DNA of 64,000 nt. Origin: Nannocystis bainbridge. Lineage in GTDB: Bacteria; Myxococcota_A; Polyangia; Nannocystales; Nannocystaceae. Below, in pieces: positions 28,308 to 37,723 of the stretch. The notes beneath the pieces were generated by a model. It did not search any database, was not told the origin of the DNA, and saw only the letters and a list, made by a program, of their open reading frames with translations. The stretch lies in the NCBI RefSeq assembly GCF_028368995.1, contig NZ_JAQNDL010000003.1, forward strand, positions 1,024,001 through 1,088,000, in the 5' to 3' direction. Every line of letters starts with the position of its first letter. Position 1 is the stretch's first letter. Made by a program: the position numbers and the translations under genes.

Positions 28308-29312
28308 TCAAGGACGCGGCGCCTCGCCCTCGAGCCGGGCGACGTACGTGCGACGGACCAGGACGAGCCCAAGGGCCGTCAGGGGCACCGCCACGACGAC
28401 CCCCAGCGCGCCGGCCAGCACACCCATCGCCGTCTGCGCGAGGATGGTCAGCGCCGGCGGCAACGACACCGCTCTTCGCTGGATCAGCGGCGTGACCACC
28501 GTGTTCTCGACGACCTGCACCCCGACGTAGAGGACGGCCACCCAGATGGCCGTCTGCGTCCCTTGCAGCAGGGCCAGCAGCAGCGCGGGCACTGCCGAGA
28601 GGATCGGACCGAAGTTCGGCACGAACACCATCACCCCGGCCACGAGCCCGAGGACCAGCGCGAGCGGCACTCCGAGGGCCCACAGCCCCACTGCCGTCGC
28701 CACGGCGACCAGCGTCATCGACACGAGCGAGCCCACGAGCCAGCGGCGCAGCACCTGGCCGCATTCGGCGACGAGCGCCCTCACCCGTGGCCGGGCATCC
28801 ACGGGGAACAGCCGGATCGCGTTGTCGATGTACACCCGCGGCTGCAAGGCCGCCCACAGGCCGACGACCGCGATCACGAACAGGCTGACGACCGCGCCGA
28901 ACGTCGTCGACAGCGCTCGACCGGCGCCCTGCATCGCCTCCGGCTGGGCGCCCTGCACCCGGGCGATCAGCCAGCGACCCCAGCGGTGTTGTTCGAGCAT
29001 CGCCGACAGCTCGCGCCATGCGTCGGGGATCTGCGCCATCATCTCGTCGAATTGCCGGCCGAACTCGGGCGCGATCGCAAACGCCGCGCCCGCCGCGGCG
29101 AGCACCAGCACCACCAATACGAGGGCGATCGACTGATTGGGCGACAGACGGGTGCGCGCGCTCAGCCAGTCCGCGGGGGCGCGCAACAGGACTGCAATCA
29201 GCACACCGGCGAACATCAGCAGCAATACGTCGACCAGCCACCACGCCAGCAGGACCCCCGCCGCCACCATGCCCGCGCGCACGAGGGCCGACGTCAAAGA
29301 TTGCGGCGACAT
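28308..29312 (-). CDS. AI-2E family (PerM-like) transporter
   Basis: FVPNFGPILSAVPALLLAL, QVVENTVVTPLIQ, SLPPAL, AVPLTA. Confidence 0.9.
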   Translation of the reverse strand: MSPQSLTSALVRAGMVAAGVLLAWWLVDVLLLMFAGVLIAVLLRAPADWLSARTRLSPNQSIALVLVVLVLAAAGAAFAIAPEFGRQFDEMMAQIPDAWRELSAMLEQHRWGRWLIARVQGAQPEAMQGAGRALSTTFGAVVSLFVIAVVGLWAALQPRVYIDNAIRLFPVDARPRVRALVAECGQVLRRWLVGSLVSMTLVAVATAVGLWALGVPLALVLGLVAGVMVFVPNFGPILSAVPALLLALLQGTQTAIWVAVLYVGVQVVENTVVTPLIQRRAVSLPPALTILAQTAMGVLAGALGVVVAVPLTALGLVLVRRTYVARLEGEAPRP

Positions 29313-29920
29313 CAAGCGCCGTGCCCCTCTCGCTCGCGCTCGATCGAAGGCCCCGGGAGGGCCGCCGCGGTCCGTGAACGTCGCTTCGTTGTCCGCACCG
29401 GGGGATCCAAGCACAACAATTGCCGCGGTCGAATGCGCGGCTCCGCCAGGCTCGACCGTAGCCGACGAGGGCGAGCGCGCAGCCTTCGACGAGGTGCCGA
29501 GCCTGCTGGGATGCGTCAATTCAGGCATCCGCTTTTCGCCTGCGCCCCCGCGTCCTCGCGCAGCATGCGCGGCGGCGAGGTGTTCGTCGCGCGACGAACA
29601 CCTCGCTCAGGGAGCCCCGCTCTGGAATTCCCGAGATCGCGAACCTCGAGTCCGCGCGCGACTTCATGTCGATTCCACCCATTCGCCCCGCTGTCCCGTT
29701 CGCGAGGCCACCACACCCCGAAGGACCTCGTTCTCGCCGACGTGAAGCCCCGCTAGCCCGGATTTCTCACCACGGGTAGCGGAGCTTGCTGAGCGGCCTC
29801 TATCCGACCAGGCGCTCGGCGCTCGGTCGTCGGTGATAGGAGTCGCGGGCGACGCCGAAGCTTGCGCGAGATCGAGCTGTAGGGTGGATTACAAGCCCGG
29901 CGGGGCCCTTCCGAGCTACA

Positions 29921-29934
29921 TGTCCATGAGGACA
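29921..29934. repeat. Perfect 14-bp palindrome TGTCCATGAGGACA inside the IS
   Basis: In the non-coding end of the IS, downstream of the transposase stop. Confidence 0.8.
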
Positions 29935-29998
29935 TACGAATCCCGGCGCGGAGAGGCGCACCCATGCGGGCAGGAGGTTGTCGAGGATCGTCAGCGTC

Positions 29999-31444
29999 TC
30001 ATGAGCGTGATCGGCGGAGGTTGTCGAGGGCACGCCACCAGACGTGCTGGAAGGGGAAGACCGAGCTGAGGGAGATGTAGATGCGGCGGACCGAGGTCGT
30101 GATGATCGCGCCGATCTTGAGCAGCCGCGTGCGGATCGTGGAGACCTGGGCGTGCGCGAGTTCGGTACCGACGAGCGCGATTCGGCGGAGCTCGTTCAGG
30201 ATCATGTAGGCGACGGACGAGAGCCAGAGGCGGAGCTGGTTGGCGCGCAGCGTGTGCGCGCTCGTGCGGTCGGCGAAGAGGCCGAGCTGCTGCTCCTTGA
30301 TCCGGTTCTCCATGTCGCCGCGGGCGCAGTACAGGTCCTCGTAGAGGCCGCGGGCGTCATACTCGTCGCAGGACAGGTTGGTGGCGACGAAGCGCGGGTT
30401 CTCCTTGTCGGTCGTGTACTCGGCCTTGCCGACCACGCGGCGTTCGCAGGACCAGGACCGGTTCGTCTCGTATCGGAAATCCTTGAAGACCCGCGCGTTC
30501 TTGCCGGTGCGCTCGGCGATGGCGCGGGCCTCGCTCATCTCGGCGTCGATCTCCTCGATCAAGCGCGAGTTCTTCTGCAGGCCGAGGACGAAGTAGAGCC
30601 CGTTGTCCTCGCACCAGCGCATGAGGTCATCGCGGCAGAAGCCCGAGTCCCCACGCACGATGATCCGCACGCTCGGCCAGCGCGCGAGGATCTGCGCGAC
30701 GATCCGCTCCAGCTCCTCGACCGCATGGCTGGCCGGCTGCTCGTTGGCGGTGTTCAGCGCGGCACCGAGGAGGAAGTTGCCACAGAAGACGTACAGCGGC
30801 AGGTAGCAGTAGCCGTCATAGAAACCGTGAAAGAAGCGGTCCTCCTGCTGACCGTGCACCGGGTCGTCGGTCGCGTCGAGATCGAGGACGATCTCCGCCG
30901 GCGGTTCAGTGTGCGCGGCGAGGAAGGTGTCGACGAAGAGGCGTTGGATGCCGTGGTCGTCGTAGCTGATCTTCTTGTAGCGCTCGTCACCCGCGACGAT
31001 CGGCGTCGCCAGCTCCAGGCGGTTCAGCGTGCTCTTGCCGGCCAGCGCGTGGCCCCGGTCGCGCTCCCGCTTGCGCTGCTCGCCGGTCGGATCGGCCTTG
31101 CCGACCGCCAGTGCGAGCAAGGCGTCGTCGCGGAGCGTGTCATGGTCATTCAGGTCTTCGTAGCCGCACAGAAGGCCCAGCACACGCTGCGCCAGCAGCT
31201 CCTCGACGGTGTGCTCGATGCGGCTCGGGTCGCGGTGGTCCCGGAAGCAGGACGCGAACCTTCGAAACACACCTGAGCTCTTGGTCAGCTCGCGCAGCAG
31301 CAGCAAACCGCCGTCCGAGCTGACCCGTCCGGCGTCGAACGCAGCCTCGACCCGGCGCCGTCCGGCAGGTTGAAAATCGAACTCGGTGCGGATACACCTT
31401 GTCGTGTTCCGGCCGTACCCCTGGGTGGCAAGCAATCGTTTCAC
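29999..31444 (-). CDS. IS1380-family DDE transposase
   Basis: SSDGGLLLL, GYEDLNDHD, LDLDATDDP, RGDSGFCR, YCARGDMENRIKEQ. Confidence 0.95.
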   Translation of the reverse strand: MKRLLATQGYGRNTTRCIRTEFDFQPAGRRRVEAAFDAGRVSSDGGLLLLRELTKSSGVFRRFASCFRDHRDPSRIEHTVEELLAQRVLGLLCGYEDLNDHDTLRDDALLALAVGKADPTGEQRKRERDRGHALAGKSTLNRLELATPIVAGDERYKKISYDDHGIQRLFVDTFLAAHTEPPAEIVLDLDATDDPVHGQQEDRFFHGFYDGYCYLPLYVFCGNFLLGAALNTANEQPASHAVEELERIVAQILARWPSVRIIVRGDSGFCRDDLMRWCEDNGLYFVLGLQKNSRLIEEIDAEMSEARAIAERTGKNARVFKDFRYETNRSWSCERRVVGKAEYTTDKENPRFVATNLSCDEYDARGLYEDLYCARGDMENRIKEQQLGLFADRTSAHTLRANQLRLWLSSVAYMILNELRRIALVGTELAHAQVSTIRTRLLKIGAIITTSVRRIYISLSSVFPFQHVWWRALDNLRRSRS

Positions 31445-31532
31445 ACCCGCTCAAACTCGGGAAGTACGGCCGGAATTCCTTACCGTGGTGAGAAATCCGG
31501 GCTAGGGCCCCTGCCGCGACGGTGATAGGCTC

Positions 31533-34172
31533 GTGTCCATCACGATGCGCGACCCGTCGACGTGGCCCGACGCGGCCGGGGACAGCTCGGCCGCGTTGCC
31601 GCTGCGCGACGCCCCCGACGGCACAAATATCGACGGATGGTGCGCCGAGTTGGTCGCGCGCGTGCGGCCCGGCGGGTTCGAGCCCGCGACCGCCTCCGCG
31701 ACCGCGACCCTGGCCGGTCGCTATCGCCTGCTCCACCGCCTCGGCCGCGGCGGCGTCGGCGAGATCTGGTGCGCCGAGCACGTCGCATTGCGCAAAGAGG
31801 TCGCCGTCAAGCTGCTGCGCGACGAGCTGGCCGCCGACCCGCTGGTGCGCCGCCGATTCCTGCGCGAGGGCCGACTCGCGGCCGCCGTGCGTCACCCCGG
31901 CGTGGTCGACATCCTCGACGTCGGCGAGACCGACGACGGCTGCGTCTATCTGGTGATGGAGCGGCTGGTCGGGCGCACGCTCGCGGAGGAGGTCGAGTGG
32001 TCCGGGCCGCTGCCGTGGAGCCGCGCGCGGCCGGTGCTGATCCAGCTGGCAGAGGCCCTCGCCTGCGCGCACGAGCGCGGGGTGGTCCACCGCGACCTCA
32101 AGCCCTCCAACGTGATGCTGGTCGGCAACCGCGAGGACGGCAGCGATCGCTGCATCCTCATCGACTTCGGCATGGCGCGCGGGCTCGTGCGCGCCGACGA
32201 ATCGACCGAGCTGACGCGCACCGGAGTGGTGCTCGGCAGCCCGGCGTACATGAGCCCCGAGCAGTTCCGCGGCGAGGAGGCCGATCCGCGCTCCGACGTC
32301 TACAGCCTCGGCTGCGCGGCCTACTTCGTGCTCGCGGGCCAGCGTCCGTTCGCCGGCACCACCCCGGCCGAGCTGATGTACCAACATTTGCTCGCCCCCT
32401 TGCCGCGGCTGCACGCGCCCGGGCTGCCGGCGAGCACCGCCGCCGCGCTGCGCCGCTGGCTCGAGCGCGCCTGTCACAAGCGGCCCGCGCAGCGGTTTCA
32501 GAGCATGGCGGCGATGCTGGCGGCGCTGCAGGCGATCGACGGCCGCTCGCGCTGGCGCGGCCTGCCGCAACTCGGCAGCGTCGCGCTCGCGCTGGGCCTC
32601 GGTGTCGCGACCGTGGCCGCTGCGGGCGGCTTCGACGACCCGCCACGCGCCGAGCCCTCGCCGCCCGCGAGCGCGACGCAAGACGACGCCAGCCCCGCGA
32701 TCCTCCCTGCCCCGCGCTGCGGCGATGGCCGTATCGACGGCGGCGAGCAGTGCGACGACGGCGACGCCACCCCGGCCGACGGCTGCGAGGTCGACTGCAC
32801 GACCTCGGAGGTCGTCGACCTGCGCGCCGGGCCGCATTACACCTGCGTCCTGACGCGCGCCGGCCACGTGCGCTGCTGGGGCCGACAGGGCGCGCACCTG
32901 GCCCAGCCGGACCACGTCGGTCACATCGGCGACGACGAGCTGCCCCACGCCGTGCCGCCGATCGACCTCGGCCCGCGGCGCGCGCGACAGCTCGAGCTCG
33001 AGTTCCTCGCTTCGCACGCCTGCGCGGTCCTCGACGACGACACCGCCCGCTGCTGGGGCAGCGACGACAGCGAGCAGCTCGGCCTCGGCCCCGGCGTGAC
33101 CCACTGGGGCGACGCCCGCGACGAGGTCCCGGCCCGCCTGCCCCCGCTCGCGCTGCCGCCGGTCCGCTCGATCGTCGCCAACGAGGCCAACACCTGCGCC
33201 CTGGCCGGCGCCCAACCAACGCGGCCCGGCGTGTTCTGCTGGGGCAGCAACAGCCACGGCCAGCTCGGCCGCGGCGACACCGAACCCCGCGCGACGCCCC
33301 CCGCCGAATCGATCGACCTCGGCGGCGCGGTGGCCACTCAGCTGTCGCTCGGGATCGCCAACGTGTGCGCGCGGCTCGAAGGCGGCGCGGTGCGCTGCTG
33401 GGGCGGCAATCGCAACCTGCACCTCGGGACAGGTTGGCCGGTGAACCGCTACGCCGGCGACGGCGTCGGCGACGGCGCCCGCGGCCGCACGCCGGACACG
33501 CCGGAGCTCGACGTCGAGGGCCTCGAGGGCTTCGAGGTGGCGGCGGTGCGCATGAACGGCGGCTGGGCGTGCGTGCTCGGGACCACCGGCGAGGTCCGCT
33601 GCTGGGGCGGCAACGACGACGGCGCGCTCGGCGAGCGCTTCGACCAGATCGCCGGCTGCGACGCGGGCAGCCACGGCGTCGGCTGCCTGGTGCCCCGCCC
33701 CGCCCGCGCGGTCGACCTCGGCGACCTCGGCGGGGCGCGGGTGGTCGACCTGCGAATGGGCCGCAAGCGAGCCTGCGTGCTCGACGACGCCGGCCGCGTG
33801 CGCTGCTGGGGCTGGGGCAAGCGCGGCAGCCTGGGCTACGGGCCGCGGCTGCAGCAGACCACCGGCCACTGGAGCATCGGCCACCACATGACGCCGGCGC
33901 AGGCGTACGCGGCGATGGGCAACGACGGGGTGGTCGACGTCGGCGACCTCGATCACGACGGGCAGATCGATCGGGTCACGCAGATCTCGCTCGGCTACTC
34001 GCACACGTGCGTGCGCACGATCGACGGCAGCGTGCGCTGCTGGGGCAGCAACTCGGAGGGCCAGCTCGGCTACGGCATGACCGAGGACATCGGCGACGAC
34101 GAGACGCCCGGCGAATACTACGCGGCCCACGGCTGCGGCGCGGTGCCAGTGTTCGCCGGCCGCGGCTGCTGA
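31533..34172 (+). CDS. Ser/Thr protein kinase with TM, myxobacterial Cys-rich repeat and RCC1-like repeats
   Basis: GRGGVG, VAVK, HRDLKPSN, DFG. Then CGDGRIDGGEQCDDG and repeated VRCWG..GQLG. Confidence 0.9.
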   Translation: MSITMRDPSTWPDAAGDSSAALPLRDAPDGTNIDGWCAELVARVRPGGFEPATASATATLAGRYRLLHRLGRGGVGEIWCAEHVALRKEVAVKLLRDELAADPLVRRRFLREGRLAAAVRHPGVVDILDVGETDDGCVYLVMERLVGRTLAEEVEWSGPLPWSRARPVLIQLAEALACAHERGVVHRDLKPSNVMLVGNREDGSDRCILIDFGMARGLVRADESTELTRTGVVLGSPAYMSPEQFRGEEADPRSDVYSLGCAAYFVLAGQRPFAGTTPAELMYQHLLAPLPRLHAPGLPASTAAALRRWLERACHKRPAQRFQSMAAMLAALQAIDGRSRWRGLPQLGSVALALGLGVATVAAAGGFDDPPRAEPSPPASATQDDASPAILPAPRCGDGRIDGGEQCDDGDATPADGCEVDCTTSEVVDLRAGPHYTCVLTRAGHVRCWGRQGAHLAQPDHVGHIGDDELPHAVPPIDLGPRRARQLELEFLASHACAVLDDDTARCWGSDDSEQLGLGPGVTHWGDARDEVPARLPPLALPPVRSIVANEANTCALAGAQPTRPGVFCWGSNSHGQLGRGDTEPRATPPAESIDLGGAVATQLSLGIANVCARLEGGAVRCWGGNRNLHLGTGWPVNRYAGDGVGDGARGRTPDTPELDVEGLEGFEVAAVRMNGGWACVLGTTGEVRCWGGNDDGALGERFDQIAGCDAGSHGVGCLVPRPARAVDLGDLGGARVVDLRMGRKRACVLDDAGRVRCWGWGKRGSLGYGPRLQQTTGHWSIGHHMTPAQAYAAMGNDGVVDVGDLDHDGQIDRVTQISLGYSHTCVRTIDGSVRCWGSNSEGQLGYGMTEDIGDDETPGEYYAAHGCGAVPVFAGRGC

Positions 34173-34210
34173 ACAAATACTCGCGGCGAAGTCACCGCTC
34201 GGTCGCGCCG

Positions 34211-34855
34211 TCAGCCGCTGCCGCGCGCGGCGCTCTCGATGCGGTCGCGGATCTCCCGCATGCACGCGTCGAGGCCCGTCAGCGTCGAGTCGATCAGCTG
34301 CGCCGACTCGGCCGCGCGCTGGACCGCCGCCGTCAGTCGCTGGCGCGCGCGGTTGATCCGGCTCGACATCGTGTCGCGGCCGACCTCGTAGACCTCGGCC
34401 AGCTCGCGCGACGTCATGCCCTCGTACTCCTTGAGCTCGAGCACGATCTGGTCGTCGAGCGGCAGCGAGCGCAGGGCCCGGACCAGCAGCGCCTCGCGCT
34501 GGCGGCCCATGAACAGCGAGGTGATCGAGCGCTCGACGTCCGGCAGCTCGACCGAGTGCTCGAGCGGCTCGAAGCGCTCGGCGTGCAGCCGCCGCGACCG
34601 CAGGTGGTGGACCAGCTTCCAGCGGGCGATGCCGAACAGGTAGGTCAGCACGCTCGCCTCGCCGCGGAACACCACCTTCTTGGCGCACAGCGTCTCGAAC
34701 GTCGACTGCGTCAGGTCGCGGCCGAGCTCGGGCCCGACCTTGCCGTAAAAGAACAGCAAGATCCGCCGATAGTGCCGCGTCACCAGCTGCTTGCCGGCCA
34801 CCGCGTCGCCGTCGATCCACGCCAGCAGCAGCGCCTCGTCGGTCCGCTCCGTCAT
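34211..34855 (-). CDS. ECF RNA polymerase sigma factor
   Basis: TDEALLLAW..GD, YLFGIARWKL, LRSLPLDDQIVLEL, ELAEVY...TMSSRINRAR. Confidence 0.9.
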   Translation of the reverse strand: MTERTDEALLLAWIDGDAVAGKQLVTRHYRRILLFFYGKVGPELGRDLTQSTFETLCAKKVVFRGEASVLTYLFGIARWKLVHHLRSRRLHAERFEPLEHSVELPDVERSITSLFMGRQREALLVRALRSLPLDDQIVLELKEYEGMTSRELAEVYEVGRDTMSSRINRARQRLTAAVQRAAESAQLIDSTLTGLDACMREIRDRIESAARGSG

Positions 34856-35626
34856 CGCTGCGGGCCTCCTGCCAAGGGATTGGCGGCGAATCGGCGGTCA
34901 CAGGGATACGAAAAGGTGCACGCGTCGGCCAAGGTCGGCGGCAACGTAGCAAAAAATGAGGCGACCCGCGCCGGAAATCCCGAAGGCCGGCGCCCACCCA
35001 GGCGCGCTCGCGCCTGCACGCCCGCCCAGGCGCGCCCGATCGCCCGCGCGGTCCAGCGAATCAAAGGGAATCTGGGTCGATTCACTGGACCATAATGGTG
35101 ACACTATTCATGTCGAGCGAATCATTCCACCGCAATAGGCATTGCTCGATTGAACAAGCAGGCCGGAGCCGCAAGGTGCAGCCGATGCTCACCAATCCGC
35201 ACACGCACGACAATGAGTCTCCGATCCCGCTCGTGTTGGCGAGCTTGAGTGCAAGCGCGGCGAAGCAAAGGCCAAAAACACAAGCATGGTCACGAGCCGA
35301 GGTCGCGGCTCGAGCGGTGCAGAAATGCGCTCTCCTCGCCCCTGGCACCTGGGACCCAGTGACTTCGTGACAGCCGTCTCGCTGGCCCGTGCGGGCGCCC
35401 CGGCGACGCGTGCTCGGGCGACGACACGACGTCGAGCGAAAGGCCGCCCACGGTGCGCGCGGCCGTCATCGATCGCTCGGTCCCGCCGCGACGCCGTCGC
35501 CACCAACATCAGGCGGACCGGCGAAGCGCCAGGGCGGGCCCGCCTCGCGCGTGGTGCACGCCTGACCTCGATGTCGCCCGGCTGCTCACGGTCCGCGGCC
35601 ACGAATCGGCTATCGTCCCGGCCGAC

Positions 35627-36217
35627 GTGCCACGTTCACTCCGCCTCGGCCTCTCGCTCGCCCTGCTGCTCGCCCCTGCCTGCAGCCCGGCACCCGCGAC
35701 ACCCGTCCCACCCGCGAGCGACGCTCTCCGCGAATTCACCGCGACCGTCCAGCTCGCGAACGACCCCCACGGCAAGCAGTTCCACGGCGTCCTGCTCCAG
35801 CCCGACGACGGCGAGGCATGGGTCGTCTCCTACCAGCCCGAGCCCTGGCTCGCCGCGTTCGCCGACCAGCGCGTGCGCGTCACCGGCGAGCCCTACACCC
35901 CCGAGGGCCAGGCCCTCCTGCGCCCGCACCTGCGCGTGCACACCCTCGCGCTCGTCGATCCCTCCCGGGCCCTCACCGCTCCCTTCGTGATCTCCGTCGG
36001 CCCCGAGAAGTCCCTGCGCGGCACCTTCACCGACGAGCCCGGCGACGAACCCCACCGCGTGTTCACCGTCGAGGGTGGCGCGACGTACCAGCTCGCCAAT
36101 GCCCCCGACGACGCTCGCCCCGGTCAGCCGCAGCAGATCGTCGCCCGCGAGGTCGAGCTGGCGCCGCAAGGCGCCCGTCATGACGGCCCGACGCTGTGGG
36201 TCCTGGCGATCCAGTGA
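35627..36217 (+). CDS. Hypothetical lipoprotein
   Basis: LALLLAPAC lipobox-like signal, GC3-rich codons. Confidence 0.7.
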   Translation: MPRSLRLGLSLALLLAPACSPAPATPVPPASDALREFTATVQLANDPHGKQFHGVLLQPDDGEAWVVSYQPEPWLAAFADQRVRVTGEPYTPEGQALLRPHLRVHTLALVDPSRALTAPFVISVGPEKSLRGTFTDEPGDEPHRVFTVEGGATYQLANAPDDARPGQPQQIVAREVELAPQGARHDGPTLWVLAIQ

Positions 36218-36286
36218 CTCACGACTCCGTCGTGACCTTCGTGGAGCGACTCGAGCGGGACCGCGTCGACCTTCTCTGCGCATTCT

Positions 36287-36329
36287 AAAAAAACGAAAGG
36301 CCGGACCTCGAGCCGGTCCGGCCGCTTCG
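36287..36329 (-). terminator. Rho-independent terminator for the ADYC-like gene
   Basis: GGCCGGACC/GGTCCGGCC stem, 7-nt loop, T7 run on the minus strand, 20 nt after the stop at 36349. Confidence 0.75.
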
Positions 36330-36348
36330 GCAGGCGTCCTGCCTCCTG

Positions 36349-37479
36349 CTACGATTGAGGGTCGCCGCTGCCGTTGTAGATCATGTGCGAGATGGTATAA
36401 AACGCCGCGTCGCCGAACTGCGACAGGTTGCCGCTGCACTCCGGCAGGCTGCTCCAGCCCGCCAGGTTGGCGACGGGCGGGTCGTAGACCGCGTTGCGGT
36501 GCTCGCCGCCCGGGCGCAGCGGGTGGCTGGTGAACTTGCAGCGCGCGCCGCGGCTCACGTTGCCGGTGTCCTTGTACACGGACTCGAGGATCCACTCGTA
36601 CTGGCCGAGGACCGGCGGCGGCAGCGGGATCGGGCCCACGGTGTCGAACAGCGGCGGGCTGTTGGCGGTGTCGACCACGCCGACCTTGGCCCCCAGGTAG
36701 GTCCGCGTCGCGCCGGCGAAGATCGCCTGCCAGCCCTGGACCAGCGAGCTGTAACGGGCGTGGCCGTAGCTGCGCGCGTGGCCCGAGCGCGGGACCACGT
36801 TGAGCTCGGTGACGCCCTTCGCCAGCGCGTGGCCGTCGCAGGCGATCACGAACTCGGTGCTGTCGGAGACGACCGAGCCGATGGAGCCGTTGGCGTTGGC
36901 ATGGGTGTGTGACAACAGCACCGCGTTGTTGATGCCGCCAGGGGTGATCGGGCACACGCTGTACCAGGTCTCGCCGTGGGCGACGTGGGCCGGGTGGCCG
37001 GGGCCGGGGTCGATGTTGGTGCGGATGTCGTAGCGCGTGACGTTGAAGCTCGGGGCCTCGTCGCCTGCGGAGGAGCTCCCGGTCGCGAACCAGATCTTGC
37101 CGTTCGTGGTGGCCGCGCCGTCGTTGATCTCGAGGTCGAAGCGGGCGCCGACGATCGGGACCGTCGCGCCGGTCGAGGTCGCGACGGTGGCCACGCCGTC
37201 GACGCTGACGTTGATCGAGCTGATCGTGGCGCCGCCGATCGTCCCGGTGTGCCACTGCATGCTGTACGCGCCGTCAGGGCTGTCCGCCTCGACGTCGTGG
37301 CGGTACGACTGGTTGGTGATGTCGTAGACGCCGAGGTACGGCGAGTTGAGGCACGGCGTGCCGCAGCGGAAGGCGACCGGCTCGTCAGCCTCGAGCTCGG
37401 AGAGGCCCGGCTCCTCGTCGCACGCGGCGGCGATCAGGGTGGTCAATACGAGCGACGACAGAAAAACCGAGGTACGCAT
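36349..37479 (-). CDS. Secreted lipoprotein, ADYC-domain-like
   Basis: AAAC signal, VAFRC..CLNSP N-terminus, FVIACDGHALAK motif. Confidence 0.6.
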   Translation of the reverse strand: MRTSVFLSSLVLTTLIAAACDEEPGLSELEADEPVAFRCGTPCLNSPYLGVYDITNQSYRHDVEADSPDGAYSMQWHTGTIGGATISSINVSVDGVATVATSTGATVPIVGARFDLEINDGAATTNGKIWFATGSSSAGDEAPSFNVTRYDIRTNIDPGPGHPAHVAHGETWYSVCPITPGGINNAVLLSHTHANANGSIGSVVSDSTEFVIACDGHALAKGVTELNVVPRSGHARSYGHARYSSLVQGWQAIFAGATRTYLGAKVGVVDTANSPPLFDTVGPIPLPPPVLGQYEWILESVYKDTGNVSRGARCKFTSHPLRPGGEHRNAVYDPPVANLAGWSSLPECSGNLSQFGDAAFYTISHMIYNGSGDPQS

Positions 37480-37723
37480 GGCAGTGTCTCAATCCAGGTC
37501 CGAGCAATGGGTCAGGCGGCCGGGTTCGCGCCGCGAGCGCGGCCCCTTGCCCGAACAGTGCCGCGAGCGGCCCGGTCAATTGCGGCCGCGCGAAGAATCC
37601 GGACGGACGCCGATCGGAAATCCAGCCGCGACGCCGGACAAAAAGCCCTCCGCGACCGCGGGCGATCCACGCTTGTGTGCCTGCGCCAGTTGCCGCCATC
37701 ATGGGCGGCCTCGCGGCAGCTTC

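Larger units (their letters stand above)
29757..31501 (-). mobile_element. IS1380-family insertion sequence, 1745 bp
   Basis: Perfect 19-bp terminal inverted repeats CCCGGATTTCTCACCACGG (29757-75 and 31483-501), CTAG on both sides (29753-56, 31502-05), one transposase inside. Confidence 0.92.

Noticed and set aside
28308-29312. Linking the AI-2E transporter and the lactonase into a quorum-sensing system
   Set aside because: They are 18 kb apart, and most AI-2E family members have no shown AI-2 role.
35040-35330. AT-richer segment between the ECF and the lipoprotein as an ncRNA or small gene
   Set aside because: No recognisable RNA family or convincing ORF. Probably divergent promoter DNA.
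34972-37623. CGGAAATCC shared upstream of the second ECF and the ADYC-like gene
   Set aside because: A single 9-mer with no second conserved element at equal spacing. Too weak for a promoter call.
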